Shown: positions 36,288 to 45,551, counted from the stretch's first letter. The stretch: 64,000 nucleotides of DNA from an uncultured Thermoplasmata archaeon (GCA_963749195.1 CAVVLX010000007.1:68329-132328); one strand, 5' to 3'. Made by a program: numbers and translations. The notes: a model not told the origin generated them from the letters alone.

Positions 36288-37238
36288 TCAGGGAACCTTC
36301 GGAACCGCCGTCCGCGAGAGCGCGGTACGTACGATCTCCTCGCCGCGAATCCCGCGGATCCAGGGCTCGGGCTTGACGATCACGCGGTGAGCGAGCGCGG
36401 GGACGGCGAGCGCTTTGACGTCATCGGGAAGAACAAAGTCGCGCCCTTGGAGCAGCGCCCAGGCTCGAGCGAGCTTGTTCAAGGCAAGGGACCCGCGGGG
36501 AGAAGCACCGACCTCGACGCGGGCGTCCGATCGGGTGGATCCGACGAGGCTGACCACGTACGTCTCGATCGCGGGATCGACCGCCACTTCTTCGACCGTG
36601 TGTTGCATCGCGAGAAATTCCTCGAGCGACGTGACTTGCGGAACATCCACCCGATCTTGCTTGCGAACCCGTCGCCGCTCGAGGATCGCTTGTTCCTCTT
36701 CAGGAGTAGGGTAGCCGACCCGCAGTCGCATCAAGAACCGATCGACTTGCGCTTCGGGGAGCGGATAGGTTCCCTCGAGCTCGAGAGGGTTTTGGGTCGC
36801 CAAGACCAGAAACGGTTGGTCGAGCGGGTAGGTCGCCCGCTCGCTCGTGACCTGCCGCTCTTGCATGGCTTCCAAGAGCGCCGATTGCACCTTCGGCGGC
36901 GCCCGATTGATTTCATCGGCGAGCAGTAGATTGGTGAACAGCGGCCCTTGCCGGAAGCTGAACTCATTACGGCGCGCGTCAAAAATCTCTCCTCCGGTGA
37001 TATCGTGCGGCAGTAGATCCGCCGTGAATTGGATCCGTTGGAATTTGAGCCCCAAGGCTTGAGCGAACGATTTGGCCATCAGGGTCTTTCCGAGACCCGG
37101 TAGGTCCTCGAGCAAGATGTGCCCATCCGCGAGCAGACCGGTGACGAGCAGCGAGAGGGCTTCTTCGCGCCCGACGATCGCGGTATGGACGGCGTCCCGG
37201 ATCCGGACGATCGTCGACCTGACCTCGGAAGCTTCCAA
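36288..37238 (-). CDS. MoxR-family AAA+ ATPase
   Basis: GHILLEDLPGLGKT (Walker A), LLADEINRAPPKVQSALLEAMQE (Walker B / sensor), VLATQNP. TTG start. TATA-like TTATAGATATAG (minus strand, about 37275..37290) upstream. Confidence 0.92.
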   Translation of the reverse strand: MEASEVRSTIVRIRDAVHTAIVGREEALSLLVTGLLADGHILLEDLPGLGKTLMAKSFAQALGLKFQRIQFTADLLPHDITGGEIFDARRNEFSFRQGPLFTNLLLADEINRAPPKVQSALLEAMQERQVTSERATYPLDQPFLVLATQNPLELEGTYPLPEAQVDRFLMRLRVGYPTPEEEQAILERRRVRKQDRVDVPQVTSLEEFLAMQHTVEEVAVDPAIETYVVSLVGSTRSDARVEVGASPRGSLALNKLARAWALLQGRDFVLPDDVKALAVPALAHRVIVKPEPWIRGIRGEEIVRTALSRTAVPKVP

Positions 37239-37498
37239 TCCCGAACCTCGTCGAAGTCGGTAGACGGCTCGAGCTATATCTATAACTTTGAAACGTCGGT
37301 ATCCCCCGGCCGTAACGGTAGCGCGTCACGGTAGGCCAAAGCCCTCTCCGCGTCCTGACCCCGGCCGGGGCTGTCGGATACCGGGGTTGTCCTCACTTCA
37401 CTCCCAACGGACGACACGTCCGTATCGGGTCAAGAGGGACCCTTCGTCGGTACCCGGGGGGACTTGACATCCCTCCGACCGCGGCACCGTCTCAGAGA

Positions 37499-38032
37499 CT
37501 ATGAGTCTAGCGCTCGGCCGCGCAACGCCTCGGGATGGTCGAACAGCCAGGCGACGCCGAGGATGAGCGCCACCAGGATACCCGCGGTCGCGCCGATCAA
37601 TAACGAGGTGACGGGGACGATCAGACTGCTCGTCACGGCGATTCCGAGGGCGAGAGCCGGGAGCGCAAGCGCCTCGGTGACATTGCGGGTCGATTCGGGA
37701 GCGGGGGGAGCATCATCCGCCAGCCAGAGGAGGTAGAGTAACCCGGCCGCGCCGGCCAACAGCTCGGTCAGGACTGAGATCCGCGTCCAACCGCTCGCGA
37801 TCGCGAGACCCACGAGGGGGAGCTCTAGCCCAAAGAGCCGGAAGGCGCCTCCGCGATGGCGGAGAAACGTTCCGATCCCCACCGTCGCGACGGCCAACGC
37901 GATCCCGAACACCAGTCCAAAGGAGCTCTGGCTGCCCAGGGCGAAGGCGCCCAGCGCTAACAGGAGGCTGCTCGGGATCCTCCGGTACGTGGGCCGCGGT
38001 GTGCGGGAGGGCGAAGAGGCCGAAACACTCAT
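37499..38032 (-). CDS. Hypothetical polytopic membrane protein (177 aa)
   Basis: Track ORF 37499..38368 trimmed to ATG 38032 (MSVSASSPSR...), which overlaps the DUF58 stop (ATGA). It has 4-5 hydrophobic helices. Confidence 0.55.
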   Translation of the reverse strand: MSVSASSPSRTPRPTYRRIPSSLLLALGAFALGSQSSFGLVFGIALAVATVGIGTFLRHRGGAFRLFGLELPLVGLAIASGWTRISVLTELLAGAAGLLYLLWLADDAPPAPESTRNVTEALALPALALGIAVTSSLIVPVTSLLIGATAGILVALILGVAWLFDHPEALRGRALDS

Positions 38033-39324
38033 CGAATTCCTCGATGACGCACCGGCGCGCTCATCAAATCGACGAACCCCGTCAGCGACCAATAATTGTC
38101 CCAGTCGACGACGGGGGCATCCTGCCAGACCTCTCCGATCCGACTCCGGCGGACGAGCCGCATCAGACGCGCCGCGATCGGATCGATCGGCGCGGAGCGG
38201 CCGTCCCGCTCGAAGAGAATGGGCAGCGGGCTCGGACTGAGCACGATGACCGGGAATCCTCGGAGCCGCAGGTGCGGAATGAGATTCGCCGCCGCCTCGT
38301 CCGCTAACGGAGAAAGGAGGATCGTCATCACGCCCGGGGGGAAGTAGCGACGTAAGCTGATCGCGCATCGCTCCTCGGGCCCCCCCGAAATTCCGGGATG
38401 CGCGCGACGCAAGGCTTCGCGAATTCGGTATCGCTGCGTGCGCCCGGAGGCGAGCGGTAGCGCCGTGACGAATTCATCGAAAAAGGCGAGCCCTACCCGC
38501 GCTTTCTCATCGAGGAACGCTTCCGCAATCCCGTAGGCGGCCGCCGCGGCGAGCGAAACGAGGGGGCTGTCGCGCTCCGGGCCGAGCGGGGAAGGCCGCA
38601 GATCCAAAAGCAAAAGCACGTCGCCGGTACGTTCGAGATAGAACTCGTTCGCGAGCAAACGCCCCCGTCGAGCCGTGGCGCGCCAGTTGATCTGTCGCGG
38701 AGTATCCGTCGGCGCCGCGGTCCGAATGGAGAAGAAATCTCCGGCACGCCCGGTCGCTCGAGAACGGACCTCTCCCGGTACCAAGATCGTCCGGCGAAGG
38801 GGAGGGCTTCCGATACGCATCAGCTCCGGGGGAAAACGCTCCACCGAGAGGGGGCTTCCCTCCAAACGGCCCGGCCGATCGACGAGTCCGATCGGGTCCC
38901 GCCAAGTGATCTGCGGAATCGGAACGCGTAGTAGGCAGGGTCGGGTCGTTTCCCAGAATAGGTCGAAGGAGATTCCCGACGCGTCGTAGCGCAGCTCCGG
39001 TGCGCGCTGTTCGACCAACGAGGGAGGCCGCTGAAACTCCGGAATGATCTCTCCGGAAGGGAGGTGCGGACCCGGCGTCACCCGGCCGCGGATGTGAACC
39101 TCGCCTCCCACCCCATCCGAAATCCAGGTGAGCGTCGCGGTGGGCGTGTGCTTCGGTTGCGCCAGCGCCGAAGAGATGGGGGTCAGGAGCAGTGGAAGGC
39201 CGAGGAAGAGCGGGACAGGGTTCTTGAGTACGATACCCAAGGCAAAGAGGATCGCCGCGGCGGCGAAGAGCGCATAGGTGGCGGGTCGCCAGTGGATCGG
39301 GTCCTCCTCGATGCGCTCGCTCAC
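38029..39324 (-). CDS. DUF58 domain protein (vWA-like partner of MoxR)
   Basis: N-terminal TM pair, then GDFFSIRTAAPTDTPRQINWRATARRGRLLANEFYLERTGDVLLLLD, the DUF58 signature region. Confidence 0.85.
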   Translation of the reverse strand: MSERIEEDPIHWRPATYALFAAAAILFALGIVLKNPVPLFLGLPLLLTPISSALAQPKHTPTATLTWISDGVGGEVHIRGRVTPGPHLPSGEIIPEFQRPPSLVEQRAPELRYDASGISFDLFWETTRPCLLRVPIPQITWRDPIGLVDRPGRLEGSPLSVERFPPELMRIGSPPLRRTILVPGEVRSRATGRAGDFFSIRTAAPTDTPRQINWRATARRGRLLANEFYLERTGDVLLLLDLRPSPLGPERDSPLVSLAAAAAYGIAEAFLDEKARVGLAFFDEFVTALPLASGRTQRYRIREALRRAHPGISGGPEERCAISLRRYFPPGVMTILLSPLADEAAANLIPHLRLRGFPVIVLSPSPLPILFERDGRSAPIDPIAARLMRLVRRSRIGEVWQDAPVVDWDNYWSLTGFVDLMSAPVRHRGIR

Positions 39325-39728
39325 GACTCGAGCTCCAATTCAGCCAACCGTTTCTCGACGAAGGCGCGGAACACCGGGTCCGGGCTCCGGAGCAGTCGCT
39401 GACGCTCGGCGGCCGCTCGGACGGGTGCATTCCGGTCCCGTAATTTGCGTTCCAGTCCGTCCATCAGTTCGAGCACGTACGCCCGACCCAACGGCCCGCT
39501 CGTGAGCGCTTTCTCGAGGACCACCAGCGAGGTCGTTTCCGGAATCTCGACTCGGACGGGCTCCGCTACCGGGACTCCCACCACTCGGGAGACGCCGACC
39601 ACCACTCCCATCGCGATCGCTAGGACCGCGGCGGGCACGGCCACGGCGAGATTGGGTCCGGCCCAGACCGCCACGCCGGACCCGACGCCGGCGAGGACGA
39701 GGGCCAGGATCCAGATCGAATCTCTCAC
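39321..39728 (-). CDS. Hypothetical small membrane protein (135 aa)
   Basis: Two N-terminal TM helices plus a helical C-terminus. GTGA overlaps with both neighbouring genes. Confidence 0.55.
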   Translation of the reverse strand: MRDSIWILALVLAGVGSGVAVWAGPNLAVAVPAAVLAIAMGVVVGVSRVVGVPVAEPVRVEIPETTSLVVLEKALTSGPLGRAYVLELMDGLERKLRDRNAPVRAAAERQRLLRSPDPVFRAFVEKRLAELELES

Positions 39729-40657
39729 GCCCCACCGGCTCCGTGGTCCAAATCTGCGAGCGCTTGGCGAAACACTTCGCGCGCTTTCTCGCCTTCCTGC
39801 GGGCCGAACAGATGGTAGGAGTAGCGCGCTTCTTCGAACAGGCGCGTCAATCTCTCTGCCGTGCCCCGGCGGATCCCCAGTCGAACCAGGTGGTCGCGAT
39901 AGATCTCGCTCGGGGTTTGAGCCTCCACGGTTCCCACTTTACGTTCGACCTGCTCGAGGAGACGGCTATAGCAGGCAATGATCAGCGCCCGCGGATCCGC
40001 CGAGCTCGACGACTCGAGTTCCTCGAGGGCTGCCGTCAAGGTTCGTCGGACGCGGTCGCGGGAAGAGGGGGTCTCGGGGCTCTCTGCGACCGACGCGCGT
40101 CGGGAGACGAGGTAGGGAACGATCAGGACGAGCAAGATCACGACCACGACGATCGGAATAAGAATGAACCCCCAGGGCGGTAAATGGAAAGGGATCAGGG
40201 GCGTTGCAACCGATCCGTTGCCGGTACCGTTCGCCGTTCCGGTTCCGTTACCGGGAGAGGTCAGGTTCCCTCCCGGCCCGGCGCCATTGGTCGAAAGGGC
40301 TCCTCCCGTGTCGAGGGCTTTGAAGAGCGCGGCAATGCCGGTCAAGAGCAACAAGACCACGAGCGAAAGGACCACGATACGGGTCGGAATTCGGGCGGAA
40401 CTTTGCGTGAGCCGGTAGATGACCATGAACCCGATGATCGTGGCGAAAATGCTCGTCAGGATGATTCCTAGGATCTCGGCGTTATCCGACGGACTTCCCG
40501 ACACTCCGGCGGGGTGAAAGGGGACAATCGGCGCGGCGAGGAACGCCGCGGCGGCTCCAAATGCGAGCGAGGCTAGGAGAAATAGGACAAGGGCCGGGGG
40601 ATACGCGGGGCGACGTTTGCGGGGAATCGCCACGCACATTAAACCCGCTCGTCCCAT
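39725..40657 (-). CDS. DUF4129-like membrane protein
   Basis: Polytopic N-terminal half and an extracytoplasmic loop with NGT repeats. The C-terminus TPSEIYRDHLVRLGIRRGTAERLTRLFEEARYSYH fits the DUF4129 pattern. Confidence 0.65.
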   Translation of the reverse strand: MGRAGLMCVAIPRKRRPAYPPALVLFLLASLAFGAAAAFLAAPIVPFHPAGVSGSPSDNAEILGIILTSIFATIIGFMVIYRLTQSSARIPTRIVVLSLVVLLLLTGIAALFKALDTGGALSTNGAGPGGNLTSPGNGTGTANGTGNGSVATPLIPFHLPPWGFILIPIVVVVILLVLIVPYLVSRRASVAESPETPSSRDRVRRTLTAALEELESSSSADPRALIIACYSRLLEQVERKVGTVEAQTPSEIYRDHLVRLGIRRGTAERLTRLFEEARYSYHLFGPQEGEKAREVFRQALADLDHGAGGA

Positions 40658-40713
40658 ATCTCCCTTTCAGCGAACGTCGGACTTCGCCGGAGGGCGGTCC
40701 GACGCGTTCGAGG

Positions 40714-41622
40714 CTAACGGATCGGTTCCGCAGGCGCCGCCCTCGTCTCGTCCGGAGCGGGGGCCCGAAGGAAGTAGCAGCTGCGGCGCTCGTGGTCCAA
40801 CGAAAGGACGGCGAAATCCTCGATGCGATATCGTAGGTCAAAGGCCGCCCGGAACGCATCCCGAGTGGCGTGTCGCCACCGCCGCAACGACTCCGGCTCG
40901 TGCGACCGAACGAGGTCGACATCGAACGGGATCTCCAGCTGGGCGGTAGCGGCGCTCGGTTCCTGCACCGCCGTCGGGACCCGAAGTCCGCTCTCCCCTG
41001 GTTCGGTCTCGACGATCGGTTGCGCCGACCGCCAGTACGCCACATCCTGGTCTCGCTCGGGCTGAGCGCCGGAAAGTCGCTCCAAGACCTTCGGGGCGGT
41101 GAGATCCCAGACCCATCGGATGCGGTCGGTCTCGAGGCCGCGGTTCACCGCATCGGCGAGCTGACCGTAGTAATGCGGGTAATACTGGTCCGGAATCCCT
41201 CCTAGCCTACGCACGAACAGCATCGCGTTCTTGCTCGAGAGCGGGTCGAAGAGACCTCGGATCTGCGCGAGCCCCTGACGTAGTACCTCCTCGCGCTGCA
41301 GGGCTTGCAACTGGAACCCGACCCGGTGATTCTGATATTCGGGACGGACCGCGGTCTCAAGGGCCTGGTGGTACAGTAGGGACCCATCCCAACCCAGAAA
41401 TCCCATGGTGAATCCGGCCAGGTGGATATCGACGAAAGCGCCGAGCACGAGACCGCCGTTGTCCTGGACGATGCGTTGCCACGCCGGGGAAATCGTCGGG
41501 GCGTCGGGCGAAAGGCCCCACGCCGCCCGCTGGACTTCCTCGACCGCCCGGAACTCCTCGGGTTTCCCTAATCGCCGAAATCGGAACCGATCGGTCGTCG
41601 AGGGGGGCGGTTCGGCCGTCAC
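40714..41622 (-). CDS. GNAT-superfamily protein (COG3375-like predicted acetyltransferase)
   Basis: FRAVEEVQRAAWG...LVLGAF...LAGFTMGF...YHQALETAVRPEYQNHRVGFQLQALQRE...LFDPLSSKNAMLFVRRLGG fits the COG3375 pattern. GTG start. Confidence 0.6.
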   Translation of the reverse strand: MTAEPPPSTTDRFRFRRLGKPEEFRAVEEVQRAAWGLSPDAPTISPAWQRIVQDNGGLVLGAFVDIHLAGFTMGFLGWDGSLLYHQALETAVRPEYQNHRVGFQLQALQREEVLRQGLAQIRGLFDPLSSKNAMLFVRRLGGIPDQYYPHYYGQLADAVNRGLETDRIRWVWDLTAPKVLERLSGAQPERDQDVAYWRSAQPIVETEPGESGLRVPTAVQEPSAATAQLEIPFDVDLVRSHEPESLRRWRHATRDAFRAAFDLRYRIEDFAVLSLDHERRSCYFLRAPAPDETRAAPAEPIR

Positions 41623-41694
41623 CTTGACCGCGCATCGTGGGACGCTACTTAACCGAACCGAGCGGAATCGCCCCGCCCGCGAGCTCTCCAGAGA

Positions 41695-42123
41695 TTATCG
41701 GCGGATCCGCAGCTCGACCTTGCGGCGCTCGTATCGGATCTCGTCGGAGGGGGTTAGGTCCCAGAGCAGATCTTCCAGGTCCGGAATGTTCCGCAAGAAT
41801 TCGGCCTTACTCTTGGTCAGCATCAGGTGTTCGAACTTCCGTCGGGCGACGTAATAGGCCCCGGTCAGATAGGCGCCAACGATGAAGACGATCGGTCCGA
41901 CGATTGCGAAGACGAGGTTGTAGTTGGCGGTGGGAGTCGCCGTATACGAATTGATCGTCGAAAAAAGTCCGGCGTTCCCGAGTGGAGTGAAGTAACCGAT
42001 CGCAAGCACGGACAAGAAAATTCCGATCGCGAAGACCGCGATCGAAATCGCAGCTCGGTGCGTTCGCATTCCTTGCCGAAATCGACGCTCGAGGGGGATC
42101 GGGGTCGCCTCCTCCGACGGCAT
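41695..42123 (-). CDS. Hypothetical membrane protein (2 TM)
   Basis: Track ORF 41695..42153 (TTG start). I prefer ATG 42123 (MPSEEATP...) because a CTTGATAAG TATA-like element (42146..42154, minus strand) lies 27 nt upstream of it. Confidence 0.5.
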   Translation of the reverse strand: MPSEEATPIPLERRFRQGMRTHRAAISIAVFAIGIFLSVLAIGYFTPLGNAGLFSTINSYTATPTANYNLVFAIVGPIVFIVGAYLTGAYYVARRKFEHLMLTKSKAEFLRNIPDLEDLLWDLTPSDEIRYERRKVELRIRR

Positions 42124-42244
42124 CGGTCGCTCCGAAGCCGCTCGACTTATCAAGCTATGGTCGGACGATCGCCATCGCTCCGTCCTGCTTTCAGGAACTC
42201 GTGCGTCTGAAAACCATTAAGAACTCGAAGGAGGACTCGGGGGC

Positions 42245-42766
42245 ATGCCTCCCGGAGCTTCCAAAACGCAACCGATGGCCGAATCCCCTCCGCCTCCTCC
42301 TCCCCCCGATACCATGGTCTACGCCCCCCCGGCTCCCCCTCCCCCCGCCTCCAGCGGCATGAAGATGATGATGCCGAAGCTCCCGTTTACCTCCCTCGAG
42401 TTTTTGGCAAAGGCCGGCGGGTTTCTTTTGATCTTTATCGGGACGTTGATCGCGGTCCTCTTCGTCTCCATCCCCGCGTCGTGCGTGGGAGCGGGCGGCT
42501 GTGGCATGAGCACCTATCAATCGCTGCTGAACGCCTTCATTGCGGCCCGAGTTCTCTGGACGATCGGTGTCTTCGGGATCGGCATCGGCGCTGGCCTCAA
42601 ACTGCTCCAGATCAACCAGATGGCCGAATCGGGCTCCTACCCAGAAGACAAGATGTCGTGGTTCATGCGCCAACGCCGGTCGAACGGCGTCTTGTTCATC
42701 CTGTCACTGCTCCTCTTCGCGTTCCTCCTCTGGACCGTGACGGCCGTACCCGTCGTGATCCCCTGA
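42245..42766 (+). CDS. Hypothetical membrane protein with proline-rich N-terminus
   Basis: MPPGASKTQPMAESPPPPPPPDTMVYAPPAPPPPASSG followed by 4 TM helices. A TATA-like ATTAAG at 42216..42221 lies ~26 nt upstream of the ATG. Confidence 0.5.
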   Translation: MPPGASKTQPMAESPPPPPPPDTMVYAPPAPPPPASSGMKMMMPKLPFTSLEFLAKAGGFLLIFIGTLIAVLFVSIPASCVGAGGCGMSTYQSLLNAFIAARVLWTIGVFGIGIGAGLKLLQINQMAESGSYPEDKMSWFMRQRRSNGVLFILSLLLFAFLLWTVTAVPVVIP

Positions 42767-42813
42767 ACTCGCTCGGCTCCGGCTTCTCCCGCAAGGATGC
42801 GGGAAAGGCGACG

Positions 42814-43587
42814 CTACGGCTTCAGCTGGCCGGATACGGACTTGTCGTTCGTCCGCCCGTAGGCCGTCGATGGTAGAGGCGCCTTCGGTCCGCCGGAGCC
42901 TCCCGGTGGGGGAATCGTTCGGAGGATCCCTCGCAGACGGGAGTAGACCCAGTAGGCGCCCACGATCGCGATCAGGGCGGCAGCCGTTCCGTAGAGAATC
43001 CCTAGTAGAGCGCCGAATCCGACCAAGAAAAACCCGACGACCTGGATCAGTCCTCCCGAAATAGGGCCGCCCCCGGTACGGCCGCTGCCCGCCGGTGCTC
43101 GGAGGGAGAGCAGGGTCCCCGCGACCTCCAGCAGTACGATGGCCAGCGACTCGAGTAGGATGACTCCAATCCCCAGGACGGTGATGGAAGGGCCGGAGAG
43201 GTATTGGGTGACGAGGGCGAGGACCAGCACTCCTCCGATGCCGGCCCGGAAACCAAGGGCGTAGAACGGGCTCGGCGGACTCCGGCCGAAGTAGATCGTC
43301 CGAAGCAATCCCCATTGGGCGAGTTCGGTGCCGATGACGAGGAGCGCCAGAAACAGGGCGGCTCCGGGAAGCGCCGTGTTGCTCAACGCGACGATGTAGA
43401 AGAGGAGCGGCAAGGCAAGGGGAACTCCCACGAACAGTCCGGCGGTGTACGCGAAGACCACCTTGCGCTCTTCGAAGAGCGTTTCCGGGACCTGGGGGGT
43501 CGCATACTGGCCGATCTCCCAGTAGATGAATCCCCCCGAGAGCAGGATGCCTACGAGAGCACCGAGCGATAGGGAGGCTACGACCAC
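42814..43587 (-). CDS. Hypothetical polytopic membrane protein (257 aa, ~7 TM)
   Basis: The GTG start lies 2 nt after the trmI stop. The protein is strongly hydrophobic throughout. I recognise no catalytic motif. Confidence 0.55.
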   Translation of the reverse strand: MVVASLSLGALVGILLSGGFIYWEIGQYATPQVPETLFEERKVVFAYTAGLFVGVPLALPLLFYIVALSNTALPGAALFLALLVIGTELAQWGLLRTIYFGRSPPSPFYALGFRAGIGGVLVLALVTQYLSGPSITVLGIGVILLESLAIVLLEVAGTLLSLRAPAGSGRTGGGPISGGLIQVVGFFLVGFGALLGILYGTAAALIAIVGAYWVYSRLRGILRTIPPPGGSGGPKAPLPSTAYGRTNDKSVSGQLKP

Positions 43588-43589
43588 GG

Positions 43590-44363
43590 TCAGTCCACCC
43601 TTCGTCCGGCCGACAAGAACCCGGTGTGACCGAGCATCTCGAACTCGGGGCGTGTTCCGCCTTCTCCCACATGCAGAGCGCGTTCGATCAATTCGACACT
43701 TTGGACATCCTCGAACCCGTGCTCGCGAAGGGCCCGAACCGTCCGTTCGAGCTGATTGTAAGTCGGAGTATAGGTCCCGACTGATCCTCCGATCTTCAGG
43801 GCTAGGCGGGCCGATTCAAGCACGGTCCACGGTTCTGGTAGGTCCAGAAGGATCGCGTCGACTTCGTGAACATCGAGCCCGAGAGCAGCCACATCCCGCT
43901 CTCGAAACTCGACCCGCGATTCGAAGCCGGCCCGCGTAACGTTTTGGCGGGCCACCTCCAGAAAATCGGCACGACGATCGTAGGAGACCACCGACCCCAT
44001 GGGTCCCACGGCCCAAGCCAGCACCAGGGTCAGAGCTCCGCTCCCCGCCCCGGCCTCTACGACTCGAGACCCCGGGGACACGCCGGTCATGTAGAGCAGT
44101 TGCATCGCATCCTTCGGGGTGACGATCTGGGCACTGCGGCGAAGCTGGCTGAGCAGATCGGTAATCGTCGGTCGAAGGAGGGAGTACGGATCCCCCAACC
44201 ACGTGACCCGGCCCCCGGCCGGACGTCCAATCTGGTCGGCCAAATCGAGTACCCCTTCGCGTGCGACGCGTTGAGGCCCCGACTCCAATCGGATCAGCAG
44301 TGGAGGATGTCCGCGTCGTTTGAGGACGACAAGATCCCCCACCGCCCAGACGGGGTCCGTCAC
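43590..44363 (-). CDS. trmI: tRNA (adenine-N1)-methyltransferase TrmI (Gcd14 family)
   Basis: IVTPKDAMQLLYMTGVSPGSRVVEAGAGSGALTLVLAWAVGP.G.V.SYDRR.DF...A..NV and DAILLDLPEPW. Confidence 0.88.
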   Translation of the reverse strand: MTDPVWAVGDLVVLKRRGHPPLLIRLESGPQRVAREGVLDLADQIGRPAGGRVTWLGDPYSLLRPTITDLLSQLRRSAQIVTPKDAMQLLYMTGVSPGSRVVEAGAGSGALTLVLAWAVGPMGSVVSYDRRADFLEVARQNVTRAGFESRVEFRERDVAALGLDVHEVDAILLDLPEPWTVLESARLALKIGGSVGTYTPTYNQLERTVRALREHGFEDVQSVELIERALHVGEGGTRPEFEMLGHTGFLSAGRRVD

Positions 44364-44415
44364 ATCGGGGGAATCTAGGGCCGGTTAATAACCCGATAGC
44401 CGATGTGGGGGGTTG

Positions 44416-44862
44416 ATGTCGATACCGGATTTTGACTCGCGCGCGGAGTTGGAGCAGATCGACCGATACGAATTCGTCGTCCGTTTCCCGGGATCGTCGT
44501 ATGGACCGATCAACGTGGATGAAGCCCCGCCGATCGGTAAGGGCCGGGGCCCCTTCCCCATCGAGTCGCTCGCCATGGCGGTCGGACACTGTATGAGTTC
44601 AACCCTGTTCAATTCGCTTGAGAGAGCCCACGTTCCGGTGACCCCCTTGCGGACCACGGTGCGCGTCGAGGTCGGCCGCAACGAAAAGGGTCGGCAGAGG
44701 GTGCGCCGTTTGGGCGTTCAGATCGAAACGAGCCCGGTCAATGAGAGCGACCGTTCCCGATTCGTTCACTGCGTCGAGATCTTCGCGGACTACTGTACTG
44801 TTTCTGGAGCCGTTCGAGAAGGCATCCCGATTGAGCAGAACGTCGTCCCTTCGACCGGTTGA
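44416..44862 (+). CDS. OsmC/Ohr-family peroxiredoxin-like protein
   Basis: PIESLAMAVGHCMSSTLFNSLERAHV and FADYCTVSGAVREG carry the two conserved Cys regions of the OsmC family. ATG 44416 immediately follows the track's TTG at 44413. Confidence 0.75.
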   Translation: MSIPDFDSRAELEQIDRYEFVVRFPGSSYGPINVDEAPPIGKGRGPFPIESLAMAVGHCMSSTLFNSLERAHVPVTPLRTTVRVEVGRNEKGRQRVRRLGVQIETSPVNESDRSRFVHCVEIFADYCTVSGAVREGIPIEQNVVPSTG

Positions 44863-44982
44863 TCCGAACGATTCTCGGCAAGCCCGCTCCCCCGGCCGAG
44901 CGTCCGACAAGAACCGATGGAGCCGCTGGCCCGACCCCCGGTTGGGCAAGTTTAAAATGGAGGTCGAACGCAAGAATCCTCT

Positions 44983-45348
44983 ATGTCGGGTCCGGCGACC
45001 CCCTCGCGTTCCCAATTGATGGACCAGATCGAAACCACTCTGAACGCCGACCTCGATCGACCGTGTTGCATTCACCGCCTGTATGAGTCGGTCGCGGAAC
45101 CGTTCCGTCAGGGCGAAATCCTGGACTCCCTCTTATCCACGGTTGAAGGCGCCGCCGAAGAGCTCGCTCGTCGAGGACGCGCCCGTTCCGAGGCGATCTC
45201 GGCGGTCTCCATCGGGGTCCACTGCCAGGATACCGTCTATTGGTCGGTTCGTTCTCCGAACCAAACCCTTCGTGATTTCGGACCGGAGTACGATTCGCCG
45301 ATGATCCTCCGTCGACTTGCGTCGCACATCCGTTGCCACGGATTGTAG
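44983..45348 (+). CDS. Hypothetical protein (121 aa)
   Basis: No recognisable family. It is supported by a well-placed TTTAAAA element (44951..44957) 29 nt upstream of the ATG. Confidence 0.45.
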   Translation: MSGPATPSRSQLMDQIETTLNADLDRPCCIHRLYESVAEPFRQGEILDSLLSTVEGAAEELARRGRARSEAISAVSIGVHCQDTVYWSVRSPNQTLRDFGPEYDSPMILRRLASHIRCHGL

Positions 45349-45443
45349 CGATCGAAGATCCCGCTCGCGCTCGTGCAAACCGGCGTGAGGAATTCCCTGG
45401 GTTCTCCCCGACCTGAACTGGAGGGAGGTCCGGTCACCCGCGC

Positions 45444-45451
45444 ATTAAATA
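45444..45451 (+). promoter_or_regulatory. TATA-box-like element upstream of tRNA-Gly
   Basis: ATTAAATA in an otherwise GC-rich spacer, centred ~30 nt upstream of the mature tRNA 5' end. Confidence 0.5.
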
Positions 45452-45477
45452 CGACTGTCCGTACAGCGGGGGCTGTT

Positions 45478-45551
45478 GCGGGCATAGTGTAGTCTGGTTA
45501 TCACATAGGCTTGCCAAGCCTATAACTCGGGTTCAAATCCCGGTGCCCGCA
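45478..45551 (+). tRNA. tRNA-Gly (anticodon GCC)
   Basis: Hand-folded cloverleaf. Acceptor GCGGGCA/TGCCCGC, anticodon stem TAGGC/GCCTA with loop TTGCCAA, T arm TCGGG-TTCAAAT-CCCGG, discriminator A. No encoded CCA and no intron. Confidence 0.92.

Noticed and set aside
37239-37498. 260-nt non-coding spacer with the perfect palindrome CCCCGGCCGGGG (37359..37370); considered as an ncRNA or terminator
   Set aside because: I could not recognise a C/D box, H/ACA, SRP, RNase P or tRNA-like feature, and no oligo-T tract follows the palindrome. The only supported element is the TATA-like sequence for moxR at about 37275..37290.
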